From a virus (taxonomy: Duplodnaviria; Caudoviricetes): 52,937 nt of DNA. Shown one piece after another: positions 18,247-26,616 of this stretch (positions are counted from its first letter, which is position 1; each line of letters opens with the position of its first letter). The position numbers and the translations under genes were made by a program. The notes under the pieces were generated by a model. It was given only the letters and a program-made list of their open reading frames with translations, had not been told where the DNA came from and did no database searches. The DNA lies in the IMG/VR virus record IMGVR_UViG_3300044840_000023, positions 1-52,937 of that record. The stretch is one strand, 5' to 3'.

Positions 18247-19342
18247 TCCGACGACCGATTTTCTCGCGCTGTTGCGATCGACAAGCGGCGGCGTGCGAAC
18301 GGAGCAAATGCCTGGACTGGATTACACGATAGCCGCGCTCGCGCGTGCGGGGCTTATCACGCTGTTCGTCGGGCAGACGGCGCCAACCGTGAACCCGGCG
18401 ACTACGGTGTGGTTTAAGCCGGCCATGCCGTCATCGTCTGCGGAAGGTGCCATTTTCCTATTCAACTCCACAACGTCGTCGTTCCAGACGGCGACACCTA
18501 CGCTTTGGTCAAACCTGATAGCGGGGCCGATCGTAAGCCTCATTCCGCCCGCGGGCACCGCTGCGCCGCTGATGGATGCTGCCGCCGCTGTCGGCACGTC
18601 AGCCGCCTACTCGCGCGAAGATCACGTACACCCTACCGACACGACCCGCGCGCCTCTTGCGTCTCCAGTGTTCACCGGCAACCCGCAGGCGCCCACGGCC
18701 ACGCTTGGCGACAACGATACCAGCATCGCCACGACGGCCTTCGTTATCGCGAACGGCGGCCTACCTCCACCGATCGGTTCAATCTTGCCGTACGCCGGAA
18801 CGGCGGCGCCTAGTTCAAGTTGGGCGATTGCCAACGGCTCCGCATTCTCCCGCACGGGCGCGACGGCCGCCTTGTTTGCTGTCTTGGGCATAACGTTCGG
18901 CGCTGGCGACGGCGTAACGACGGCCAACCTTCCCGACTTGCGCGGCCGTGTCGTGGCCGGCGTGGACGCGGGCGCCAACCGATTGTCTACGGCCACCATG
19001 TCGTCGCAAGCGCTAGCGGGCGTCGGCGGGTTGGAAGCGAAAGCGCTGGTTACCAGCAATATCCCGGCCGGCGTCCCGGCTACCGGAAGCAACGTAATCA
19101 ACGTCAACCCGAACAACAGCACGTCGGTCTTTGTGCCGTTCGTCAACGCGGTAGCGTGGCAGACGCTCGGCACGACTACGGGCGGCAACGACGCAGCCGG
19201 GTCTAACGGTACGTCCGTGGGCACCACAGCCACCATGACCGGCACTAACACGATCAACGTTGCTTCGACCAATGGCGCGCAGACAGCGACGGCGCTAGTG
19301 CAGCCGACCATTGAACTCAACTATATCATTCGCATAAGCTAA
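18236..19342 (+). CDS. Tail fibre protein with tail-collar domain
   Basis: PIGSILPYAG..W..ANG...LFAVLG.TFGAGDG.TT.NLPDLRGRV collar motif; APLASPVFTGNPQAPT fibre repeat. Confidence 0.85.
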   Translation: MSYNPTTDFLALLRSTSGGVRTEQMPGLDYTIAALARAGLITLFVGQTAPTVNPATTVWFKPAMPSSSAEGAIFLFNSTTSSFQTATPTLWSNLIAGPIVSLIPPAGTAAPLMDAAAAVGTSAAYSREDHVHPTDTTRAPLASPVFTGNPQAPTATLGDNDTSIATTAFVIANGGLPPPIGSILPYAGTAAPSSSWAIANGSAFSRTGATAALFAVLGITFGAGDGVTTANLPDLRGRVVAGVDAGANRLSTATMSSQALAGVGGLEAKALVTSNIPAGVPATGSNVINVNPNNSTSVFVPFVNAVAWQTLGTTTGGNDAAGSNGTSVGTTATMTGTNTINVASTNGAQTATALVQPTIELNYIIRIS

Positions 19343-19352
19343 GGGGCGAGCA

Positions 19353-19883
19353 ATGACGTTCAAAATTCCGCTTTCGCAAATCAAGTCGGCCGACGAGTTC
19401 GCCGCAGATGTTGCGGCCTATATCAAGGCCAAGAAAGACCATCAAAAGACGACCGGCGAGCCCGCGCCAACTGCGGCCCCGATGGTCGAAGCTGCCGTAC
19501 GCGTCGTTCCGGGTTCGATCGAGGAACAGCGCGCCGACGATTACGTGGCCGATTACAGCGTGGAAGACGACACGCCCCCGCCCCCGTCGTTTGAGGATCG
19601 CAAGGCCGCGCTCGTCCTGTCGATACGTGACGAAGGCGAGGCACGCATTGCGAAGTTCTTTCCGCCGCTGAAGCGCAATCACATGCACATGCTGGTGTCG
19701 CGTGCGTCCCGCGTCGAAGAAGACAAACGCACGAACGAGCAAAAGGCGGTCCTCGCGCATATGCAAGACATCGCGGAGCGTGCGGACGCGATACAGTTTC
19801 ACGTCGCGGAACAGCAAGCCGCGGTCCACGACTTGACCGCCGAAACCATTGACGATTGGGCCCCGGAGCCGTTCCCGTCATGA
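19353..19883 (+). CDS. Putative tail fibre assembly chaperone
   Basis: Directly follows the fibre gene; helical with a Trp-Pro-containing C-terminal end. Confidence 0.5.
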   Translation: MTFKIPLSQIKSADEFAADVAAYIKAKKDHQKTTGEPAPTAAPMVEAAVRVVPGSIEEQRADDYVADYSVEDDTPPPPSFEDRKAALVLSIRDEGEARIAKFFPPLKRNHMHMLVSRASRVEEDKRTNEQKAVLAHMQDIAERADAIQFHVAEQQAAVHDLTAETIDDWAPEPFPS

Positions 19884-20407
19884 CGAACTTTTATAACACG
19901 GTCGTCCGCAATTCGCGGTACTTCGGATCAGACGTCGTTTGCAAAGACCTTGCCATGCTGGAGCCCGGCACGCGCGCCGCGGTGCTCGCCATGGTCGCCG
20001 ACGCCAAGGCCGAAGGTATCGACTTGCGCGTGCTCGAAACCTACCGCTCACAGACGCGACAAAGCGCCCTATTCATGAAGCACTTTACGCAGCTCCGCGT
20101 CGTCGGCTGCCACGGCTACGGCATAGCCGCGGACTTCGGTGTCTTCGTCAAAGGCGTCTATCAGGAAAATAACAAGCCGTACGTTTTCCTGCGCCAGCTC
20201 GCTCGCAAGCACGGCATGATCTCGGGCCAGGATTGGGGTCACGCAAAAGAAGGCAGCTTCGTCGATAGCGGCCACGTCCAGCGCTGTCCGGTGTGGCGTC
20301 AAAGTGCGCTGTTCGGCGGTTCCTGGTATCCGGCTGAAACGGGATACGACCCCTATGCCGACAGCGTTGCGAACCACCACGCGGACGTTGTTGCCAAGGT
20401 CGCCTAA
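19880..20407 (+). CDS. Endolysin, peptidase M15 family
   Basis: ETYRSQTRQ, GCHGYGIAADF and DSGHVQ zinc-ligand motifs. Confidence 0.85.
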   Translation: MTNFYNTVVRNSRYFGSDVVCKDLAMLEPGTRAAVLAMVADAKAEGIDLRVLETYRSQTRQSALFMKHFTQLRVVGCHGYGIAADFGVFVKGVYQENNKPYVFLRQLARKHGMISGQDWGHAKEGSFVDSGHVQRCPVWRQSALFGGSWYPAETGYDPYADSVANHHADVVAKVA

Positions 20408-20820
20408 GGCTTAATCTCGCCATGGGTGCCCACGTAGGCGTCACCCTTCGCCAGCGCTTCGGCGGCCAGTCCGTTCGTGGCCGGCTTCACGGGGTTCGGC
20501 TGCGCGGCGTTAAGAGCCGCCAGAGCTGGCGAAGCGGCCCCTACTCCCGCTCCAATAGGCGCGGGCTTGGCGGTAACGGTGGAAGCCGGCGCGGCTGCGT
20601 TTCCCATGTCGGTGAACTCGTCGGCCATCTCGTTAAGGTCCGCCACCTGCGCGTCAATGGCGCCCATGTGTGCGGTTTCGGCGGCCGTGCGGGCGTCCGT
20701 CACCTTCTGGCCGGCGGCTATCAGGCGGTCAAACATGGCCGCGCTGGCGTCCATCTGCGAGCCCACCACGGCCATAGCCTTCAGCCGCTTTGCCTTCAGG
20801 TCGTCTCGGGAAATCGCCAT
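20404..20820 (-). CDS. Hypothetical Ala-rich protein inside the lysis region
   Basis: MAISRDDLK...; stop overlaps the endolysin stop. Confidence 0.6.
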   Translation of the reverse strand: MAISRDDLKAKRLKAMAVVGSQMDASAAMFDRLIAAGQKVTDARTAAETAHMGAIDAQVADLNEMADEFTDMGNAAAPASTVTAKPAPIGAGVGAASPALAALNAAQPNPVKPATNGLAAEALAKGDAYVGTHGEIKP

Positions 20821-20947
20821 GTGATGCCTTTGAAGCCGGACGCGTTCGGTTAAGCCATTGAGGGCTAGACGGAACCGGAAGTCTGCCGGGGATAAGGGCA
20901 TCCGGTCCCGTCGTTGCTGGCCCTGAGCGCCACATTTATGGCCGAAA

Positions 20948-20981
20948 TTGACGAAATTCGCAAGGGATGGTATGACATTCG
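20948..20981 (+). promoter_or_regulatory. Sigma70-type promoter for holin-TerL
   Basis: TTGACG-17nt-TATGAC followed by ATTCG. Confidence 0.55.
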
Positions 20982-21008
20982 CGACACAAAACCCGAGGAG
21001 CTTCACGA

Positions 21009-21323
21009 ATGTTGCCGAACAAAACGCAGTTACAGACGACCATGGCGGCGGTCATCGCCGGGGCCGCGGGCTACGCCGCCGGGCACGGATGGCTTGGGCT
21101 GGGCATTGATAGCTGGACAACCATTCTCGGCAGCGTGGCGGCCGTTGGTGCCGTTCTATGGCCGGTCATCGTGACCCGGGCGCAGTCGCTCAAAGACACC
21201 GTGGGCAACATGAAAAACACAACGGTCGTCACCGACGCCGCGAGCGCAAACGCGCTGCCCAACAACAAAGACGTTGTTGCCGTCACGCCGGCAATTGCCG
21301 CTGCGATCGAGAAATCAAAATGA
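21009..21323 (+). CDS. Putative holin
   Basis: GAGGAG RBS; two TM segments; near the endolysin. Confidence 0.6.
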   Translation: MLPNKTQLQTTMAAVIAGAAGYAAGHGWLGLGIDSWTTILGSVAAVGAVLWPVIVTRAQSLKDTVGNMKNTTVVTDAASANALPNNKDVVAVTPAIAAAIEKSK

Positions 21324-21535
21324 TTTTATGGGCCCTTTGGTTACTCGCAATCGCGGCGAGCTTCGCAGCGTTTGAAACGCAAGCGCTGCTCCGAGGCACG
21401 CCAACGCTTTCGCGATGGACCTGGACCGTGAGCAAGGCGTGGCCGCCGTTTCCGTTCGTCTGCGGCTTTCTGGTCGGTTTTCTCGCCTGCCATTTTTGGT
21501 GGGGCGGAATTGTCAGTTTCGCGCCGGTAAACTAA
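21320..21535 (+). CDS. Small Trp-rich membrane protein
   Basis: ATGA and TAATG couplings; two hydrophobic helices. Confidence 0.65.
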   Translation: MILWALWLLAIAASFAAFETQALLRGTPTLSRWTWTVSKAWPPFPFVCGFLVGFLACHFWWGGIVSFAPVN

Positions 21536-23064
21536 TGTTTCCGTGGGAGGCTTCGCCCGTACTGAGTAAAGACGACGTACGGGCGAAACTGCGAGACTTC
21601 GATTACTACCGCAAGTTTTTGATGATACGGCCTCGCGAGGGCGGCGAGCGCTTCCCGTTCGCCTTGAACAACGCACAGAAGCACTTGCATGCCCGCATAG
21701 AAGCCGAGCGCGAAACGTTTGGCGTAGTGCGCGCTCTTATCCCCAAAGCCCGCCGCATGGGCGTATCGACGTACATCGGCGCCCGCTACTTCCACCGTAC
21801 CGCAACGGAGTTTGGCCGGCGGGCGCAAGTCGTGGCGCACAGCACGGCCAGCGCGACCAACCTGCATCGCGAGGTTAAAGAGTTTGCCGCCGGCCTGCCA
21901 TCGGCGCTGCGCCCCTCGATCGGCGCGACCAACTCCCGCGAGCTGATCTTTGACAAACTGAAATCGCTGTACAAGGTCGCGTCGTCGGAAGGCGGCGACA
22001 TCGGCCGGTCGGATGATTTTCATTTGCTGCATATGTCCGAAGTGGCGTTCATGGACAATACCGAAGACTTGTCGTCGGGCTTGTTGAAAACCGTGCTCGG
22101 GCTGCCGGGTACTGAAATCGGAATGGAGAGCACCGGCAACGGCCAGTCGGGCATGTTTTATAATATGTGCGAGCAAGCCAATCGCGACAACAACAAGGGC
22201 GAGTGGCGCATACACTTCCTGCCGTGGCACCTCATGCCCGAGTACCGTACGGAAGTGCCTTTCGCGTGGAAAGCGCCGAAAGAGTTTGAGGACTACGCCA
22301 AGCTGCACGGCCTGGACCGTGAGCAGCTTTATTGGTTCTGGAAAGAGAACTACACGGCCGCAGTCATGAACGGCGGCCAGCCCGAGGCTATCCACCGGCT
22401 GACAAGGCAAGAGTTTCCGGCCATCTATTCCGAGTGCTTCATGGCCGACAGCACGCTAGACTTTTATGCGGCGTCGCTGGTCGCCGCGGCAATGGTACGC
22501 AGGCCGACGCCCTCCGCTGGCGCTCTGAAGCTGCTTTGTGTGGACCCTGCCGGCGACGGCCAGGATAAGCCCTTCGTCTGCGATCGTCAGGGCTCCGCGA
22601 TCGGCGCCCGAGTTTGGGGAGAACTGACAAACCGCGACTATAACGTACAGGCGGATTGGCTGGTCCAGACGTACGAACGCTTTGATATGGACGCAATCCT
22701 TATCGACGTGACCGGCATAGGCAAGGGCCTGGTCGATGCTACCCGGCTCCGCATGCGCAAGTACGGACCCGAAAAGGTTGTGGCGGTCAATTTCGCGTAC
22801 GGAGCCATGAACGATACCCTGTACGGGAACCGTCGCGCGGAGTTGCACGATAAGCTGCAACGATGGCTTACGGGAGACGTGTCCGTGCCGAACGACAAGC
22901 TGGCGCAGGAAGAGGGCGCCGCGTACAAATGGGGGATGGCCGGCTGCCGGCGGGACGAAAAGGCCCGGCTGTTCATGACGCCGAAAGAGAAGATCAAAAA
23001 GGAAATCGGCCGCTCCCCCGACCGTTGGGACGCTATGGCCGTGTCTATGGCTGTGGATGGCTAG
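21535..23064 (+). CDS. terL: Terminase large subunit
   Basis: KARRMGVST Walker A, LLHMSEVAF Walker B, ESTGNG coupling motif, CVDPA and PDRWDA nuclease motifs. Confidence 0.95.
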   Translation: MFPWEASPVLSKDDVRAKLRDFDYYRKFLMIRPREGGERFPFALNNAQKHLHARIEAERETFGVVRALIPKARRMGVSTYIGARYFHRTATEFGRRAQVVAHSTASATNLHREVKEFAAGLPSALRPSIGATNSRELIFDKLKSLYKVASSEGGDIGRSDDFHLLHMSEVAFMDNTEDLSSGLLKTVLGLPGTEIGMESTGNGQSGMFYNMCEQANRDNNKGEWRIHFLPWHLMPEYRTEVPFAWKAPKEFEDYAKLHGLDREQLYWFWKENYTAAVMNGGQPEAIHRLTRQEFPAIYSECFMADSTLDFYAASLVAAAMVRRPTPSAGALKLLCVDPAGDGQDKPFVCDRQGSAIGARVWGELTNRDYNVQADWLVQTYERFDMDAILIDVTGIGKGLVDATRLRMRKYGPEKVVAVNFAYGAMNDTLYGNRRAELHDKLQRWLTGDVSVPNDKLAQEEGAAYKWGMAGCRRDEKARLFMTPKEKIKKEIGRSPDRWDAMAVSMAVDG

Positions 23065-23297
23065 CCGGCGTTGGAATAGTCGTTCTTAGATAGTTCTAAC
23101 ATGCCGATGATTTCGAGCACGTTAGCGTTGTGCTTGTGAGAACGTAACCGCATCATGCCGTCACCGTCGTACGTGACAATGACGACACAAAGCTTTGTCG
23201 TCGGGTCGCTCTCGGGCCGCAGTTCTTCCGCCAGCTCGGTAAGCCAATCTGCGGCGCTGCCGGCGTTCCGGACGATAGAAACTACTTTATCCGTCAT
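23061..23297 (-). CDS. Hypothetical protein
   Basis: 78 aa; shares a CTAG stop with TerL. Confidence 0.6.
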   Translation of the reverse strand: MTDKVVSIVRNAGSAADWLTELAEELRPESDPTTKLCVVIVTYDGDGMMRLRSHKHNANVLEIIGMLELSKNDYSNAG

Positions 23298-23443
23298 CGG
23301 GCGGTTATCACTACTTCGACCCCACCAACGCGCAACATGGTCTTGTCCTTAAGCAGCCGTTCGATGGCTTTCGCCCTCTGTTCGTCGGTAATCGGTTTTG
23401 TCGACCGAATGTGAATTTCCCCGATTTTAACAGCGTAACGCAT
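23294..23443 (-). CDS. Hypothetical protein
   Basis: MRYAVKIG...; ATGA coupling. Confidence 0.55.
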   Translation of the reverse strand: MRYAVKIGEIHIRSTKPITDEQRAKAIERLLKDKTMLRVGGVEVVITAR

Positions 23444-23464
23444 GTGTTCGCTTCCGTGCGTGTG

Positions 23465-23510
23465 TTGACTTGTCAGCATTCGTACAGTATTACATTCGCG
23501 ATAGTCAACA
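23465..23510. promoter_or_regulatory. Overlapping divergent promoters
   Basis: Plus strand TTGACT-17-TATTAC; minus strand TTGACT-18-TACGAA. Confidence 0.55.
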
Positions 23511-23536
23511 GCCAACATTCGAATTTAGGAGCACAC

Positions 23537-23818
23537 ATGGACACCATAGACGGTCTTAACGCGGACATTGCGGAGACCTTGAAGTCGAAGGCCAAAATCG
23601 AGCGCGCACGGCTGAAGCGCGTGGCCGCGCGCGGAGCGGCAAAGCCGGTCAAAAAGGCAAAGAAAGCCGCCAAGCCCAAATCGGCGGCGTGTGCTCGCTC
23701 CGAACGTCTCGATATGCGGCTGACCAAAGCCGAAAAGGCCCGGGTCCAAGGGAAGGCGAAGAAGCTGCGGCGGACCATCACAAGCGTCGTTTTGGAAGCG
23801 GTCGAGAAGATCAAGTAA
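23537..23818 (+). CDS. Basic protein with C-terminal ribbon-helix-helix (DUF1778/MobC-like)
   Basis: AGGAG RBS; RSERLDMRLTKAEKARV...TITSVV; Lys/Ala-rich linker. Confidence 0.7.
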   Translation: MDTIDGLNADIAETLKSKAKIERARLKRVAARGAAKPVKKAKKAAKPKSAACARSERLDMRLTKAEKARVQGKAKKLRRTITSVVLEAVEKIK

Positions 23819-23820
23819 CG

Positions 23821-23846
23821 AAAAAAGGGGGCCATCTGGCCCCCTT
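23821..23846 (-). terminator. Intrinsic terminator between convergent genes
   Basis: aagggggcc-atct-ggccccctt hairpin with an A-run (U-tail on the minus strand). Confidence 0.75.
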
Positions 23847-23866
23847 CGCACGTCGTACGCCTGCTA

Positions 23867-24613
23867 TTAGAATACTACGGCAATGCCGGCGAGTGTCTTA
23901 GTTCCAAGCACCGCCCGAGACTGCGCTGCACCTAGAACGGCGCCGTTCCCTTGGAACACCACGTCAATGTACTCGCGAACTGCGAGCCCGTTGCTAAGTT
24001 GTTCCATCAAGTCAAACTCAATCTTTGGCGAGAATAAAAACACCTTGTTTGACCCTGCCCCGAGAAAGTTTATGGACACGTCGTCTGCACGCACGCCAGC
24101 GCCGAACCCGGCTTGTACGTTGCTAGCGGTGACGGTGGCCGGCAGGAGCGGAAACGGCGCGATAGTGCTAAACGGATTTGGCAGGTTCAAAAGCCCTAAC
24201 GTGGTTTGTATCAGCGAAACGGGCATCCAAACAAAGGCGGTCGTCTCTGCCGAAACAGGACCGGAAACCGCAAAGCCCTGGTTGGCGCCGTTGAAGTTAG
24301 TCGCGGATACCTTGCCTTCGACGGAGTAGGCAAACTGACTTGACTTGCTGCCCCACGCGTAGCCGACGAGGGCGCCGACGCCCGCGGTTGTCGTGGTAAG
24401 GCTTGCGGAGTTGACGCCCGGAACGCTGGCGTTCACGGGGCCGCCCCCGGCTTCAGTGAACAGCCCGACGTACAAGCCGGAACTGCCGTACGGGTAGCCG
24501 TTTAGCCAAGTGTTGGCTGGCACGGTGGCTTTGACGGGGAGGACATCGGCCGCGCGTGCCGGCGACAGTAGCGCAGCGGCGATCGCGGCTGCGGCGAAGA
24601 CTTTCTTTAACAT
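23867..24613 (-). CDS. Outer-membrane beta-barrel protein (Omp25/RopB-like)
   Basis: Signal ending ARA|ADVLPVKA, SGLYVG and VGYAW strands, terminal Phe. Confidence 0.75.
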   Translation of the reverse strand: MLKKVFAAAAIAAALLSPARAADVLPVKATVPANTWLNGYPYGSSGLYVGLFTEAGGGPVNASVPGVNSASLTTTTAGVGALVGYAWGSKSSQFAYSVEGKVSATNFNGANQGFAVSGPVSAETTAFVWMPVSLIQTTLGLLNLPNPFSTIAPFPLLPATVTASNVQAGFGAGVRADDVSINFLGAGSNKVFLFSPKIEFDLMEQLSNGLAVREYIDVVFQGNGAVLGAAQSRAVLGTKTLAGIAVVF

Positions 24614-24693
24614 GGTTTCTCCTTAAGGGTTGGGGTGCTAGCCCGCCATGCCTAGCACCTTTACCCGTTGCATTCGCGCAACAGTACGGAAAA

Positions 24694-25239
24694 TTAAACG
24701 CGAATGCGGAACGCCGGGCCGCTGAATTGACCCTTGGAAGCGTCTTGTCCGGTCGTGACGTTTTCCGTGTACTTGCCCGCAAGTTCCTTGTTCTTCGGGT
24801 CCATGCCGGCGTAGAGGCTGGCAAGCTCTTTGCGGTGCCGCTTGCGGACGTGTTCGCCGATCTTTTTGGAACGGGCCATAAGCATAGGGCGAAACGCCTT
24901 GCCGTCTTTGTCCGTACCGGCCACAAGGTCGCGGAACAGCTCAACCATTTCGGGCGAAGTGACCTCTTTGAAACCCTTGTTATGGGCGGCCGCAATCTCG
25001 CTCGGAATGCTGTTGATAATCCGGAACTCATGATCCGGGTATCGTTCACGGTTCGGGATGTACAGCTTAAGCGGACGGTCAAGCACCAGGTTTTTAATGA
25101 TCTGGTCCACGTCCTGCGCTTCCGCGAACGGCGACATGGCGGCCATGCCGTCGCCGGGGCCTTGCGCCTCGGGGATTTCGCCGGGCGGGTTCGGAACGAG
25201 GTTCGGCGCAAGGCCGGACTGAAACGGATTATCGACCAT
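24694..25239 (-). CDS. Head-module protein
   Basis: Follows the scaffold; FRIIN...GFKEV...LMAR pattern typical of this position. Confidence 0.6.
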   Translation of the reverse strand: MVDNPFQSGLAPNLVPNPPGEIPEAQGPGDGMAAMSPFAEAQDVDQIIKNLVLDRPLKLYIPNRERYPDHEFRIINSIPSEIAAAHNKGFKEVTSPEMVELFRDLVAGTDKDGKAFRPMLMARSKKIGEHVRKRHRKELASLYAGMDPKNKELAGKYTENVTTGQDASKGQFSGPAFRIRV

Positions 25240-25242
25240 GGC

Positions 25243-25920
25243 CTACTTCTTTCCTTTCGATCGCTGGTGCGTCGCGTAGTGGCTTTCGAGCGCTTTGCTA
25301 ATGAATTTTTCGCGCTGTTCTTTCGGAGCGTTGGCGGACACAAACTTGTCAGCCGAGCGCTTGATTTCCTTTTGTACGTCGCCGGGGGCGTCCGTAAGCT
25401 TGGTCCACGGGCCGCTTGTGCGACGTGCGGCGGCGCGTCCGCCCGCGTCACCTTCGCCCGGGCCGTCCGTCTTGCGCTTCGCCTTGGCCGCCGCTGTGGC
25501 TTCGGCCGCCTCCGCTTCTTCAGCTTCGCGCTCCTCGCGTTCTTCGTCGGTTTCGTTGTCGTCGTCGGCCTTGGCCTTGACGGCAGTGACGGGCTTGCCT
25601 TCCGCTTCAACCGCCTTGACCAGCGCAGCGGCGAACTCCACTGCGCTTGCGAACTTGTGGATGTTCATATCCTTGCCCAACGCGATCGCCAGGCCGGACT
25701 TCTTCGGGTCCACGCCGAACCAGTCCAGCTTGTTCAGCTCCGTGCGGATTTCCGCGTCACCGTACGGCGGGGCCTTGGGCGCGTTGGTAACGGCCAGCTT
25801 GGCAATGTCGGCCGTGATCTTGCGCGCGGCTTCCGTGTCGCCGTTGGTTACGGCGGCGTCCAGTTGCGTGTTCAAACCCGCTAGCGCGTGTTCGCGCATC
25901 ATTACGTTAAGGTCAGACAT
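25243..25920 (-). CDS. Putative capsid scaffolding protein
   Basis: Helical with an acidic linker; WFG motif; downstream of portal and GroES. Confidence 0.6.
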   Translation of the reverse strand: MSDLNVMMREHALAGLNTQLDAAVTNGDTEAARKITADIAKLAVTNAPKAPPYGDAEIRTELNKLDWFGVDPKKSGLAIALGKDMNIHKFASAVEFAAALVKAVEAEGKPVTAVKAKADDDNETDEEREEREAEEAEAAEATAAAKAKRKTDGPGEGDAGGRAAARRTSGPWTKLTDAPGDVQKEIKRSADKFVSANAPKEQREKFISKALESHYATHQRSKGKK

Positions 25921-26383
25921 ACGAGACTACTTTCTTCGCGTTGAAATCAAAGCCGGGTTGCGCGGCCGGCGCGTTGGCGTTCACCGCGTCCCACGACAGC
26001 GTTGACGGGTCCGGCATCTTGTCGCGCGGAATAATGCCGATCACGTCGTTAAAGCTGGACACGTAGCGCCAGCCGCTCGTCACCATGATCTGACCGCCCT
26101 GCACCATCGTTCCGGCGAACGGGCGGATTAGAACCCAATCCCCGATATCGGCGTCTTGCCGGGTCAAACCGCCCTCGCCGTTTTTCATCTGGAACGCCAG
26201 CGGCCCCATAGCAACGATACGGCCGGCCATGACGTTGTGCGCCAGTAGGTCGCGCGTCGTCTGCGGCGTGATGATGCTGCCAACCTTTTCAGGCGGAAAC
26301 GGAATGCGGATTATAACCATGTCCCGCGTGGGCAAAACAAAGTCGTGCGGAATTTCGAAGCCGTACAGTCCTACGTCGCTCAT
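25913..26383 (-). CDS. GroES-like co-chaperonin
   Basis: LPTRDMVII..GSII.P..GRIVAMGPLAF..GDWVLI..FAGT..NDVIGII. Confidence 0.85.
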   Translation of the reverse strand: MSDVGLYGFEIPHDFVLPTRDMVIIRIPFPPEKVGSIITPQTTRDLLAHNVMAGRIVAMGPLAFQMKNGEGGLTRQDADIGDWVLIRPFAGTMVQGGQIMVTSGWRYVSSFNDVIGIIPRDKMPDPSTLSWDAVNANAPAAQPGFDFNAKKVVSYV

Positions 26384-26616
26384 GTTGCCTTTTGCTCCCT
26401 TAAGGCGGTTTCCAAAGTTTCGGCCAGCTTGTCGGCGTGGCCGGTTAAAAGCGTTTCAAGTTCATGGAGGGCCGCCGCCTTACCCTGCCGCACCAGGTCC
26501 ACCGGCTCCCCCGCCAGAAAGGTCTGGACCGTTCCCGCCTTGCGGCGGCGCACCAGCGCCAGGAGGGCCACCGTTCCCCGGCTGTTGCGCCATTCCGTCA
26601 AGTCCAGTGCCGACAT
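26380..26616 (-). CDS. Hypothetical head-module protein
   Basis: 78 aa; overlaps the portal's Gly/Pro-rich tail; ATGA-coupled to GroES. Confidence 0.6.
   Translation of the reverse strand: MSALDLTEWRNSRGTVALLALVRRRKAGTVQTFLAGEPVDLVRQGKAAALHELETLLTGHADKLAETLETALREQKAT

Noticed and set aside
24453-25884. Long alternative ORFs (385 aa minus, 442 aa plus)
   Set aside because: They shadow better-supported head-module genes; Arg/Pro-rich composition typical of GC-rich off-frame ORFs.
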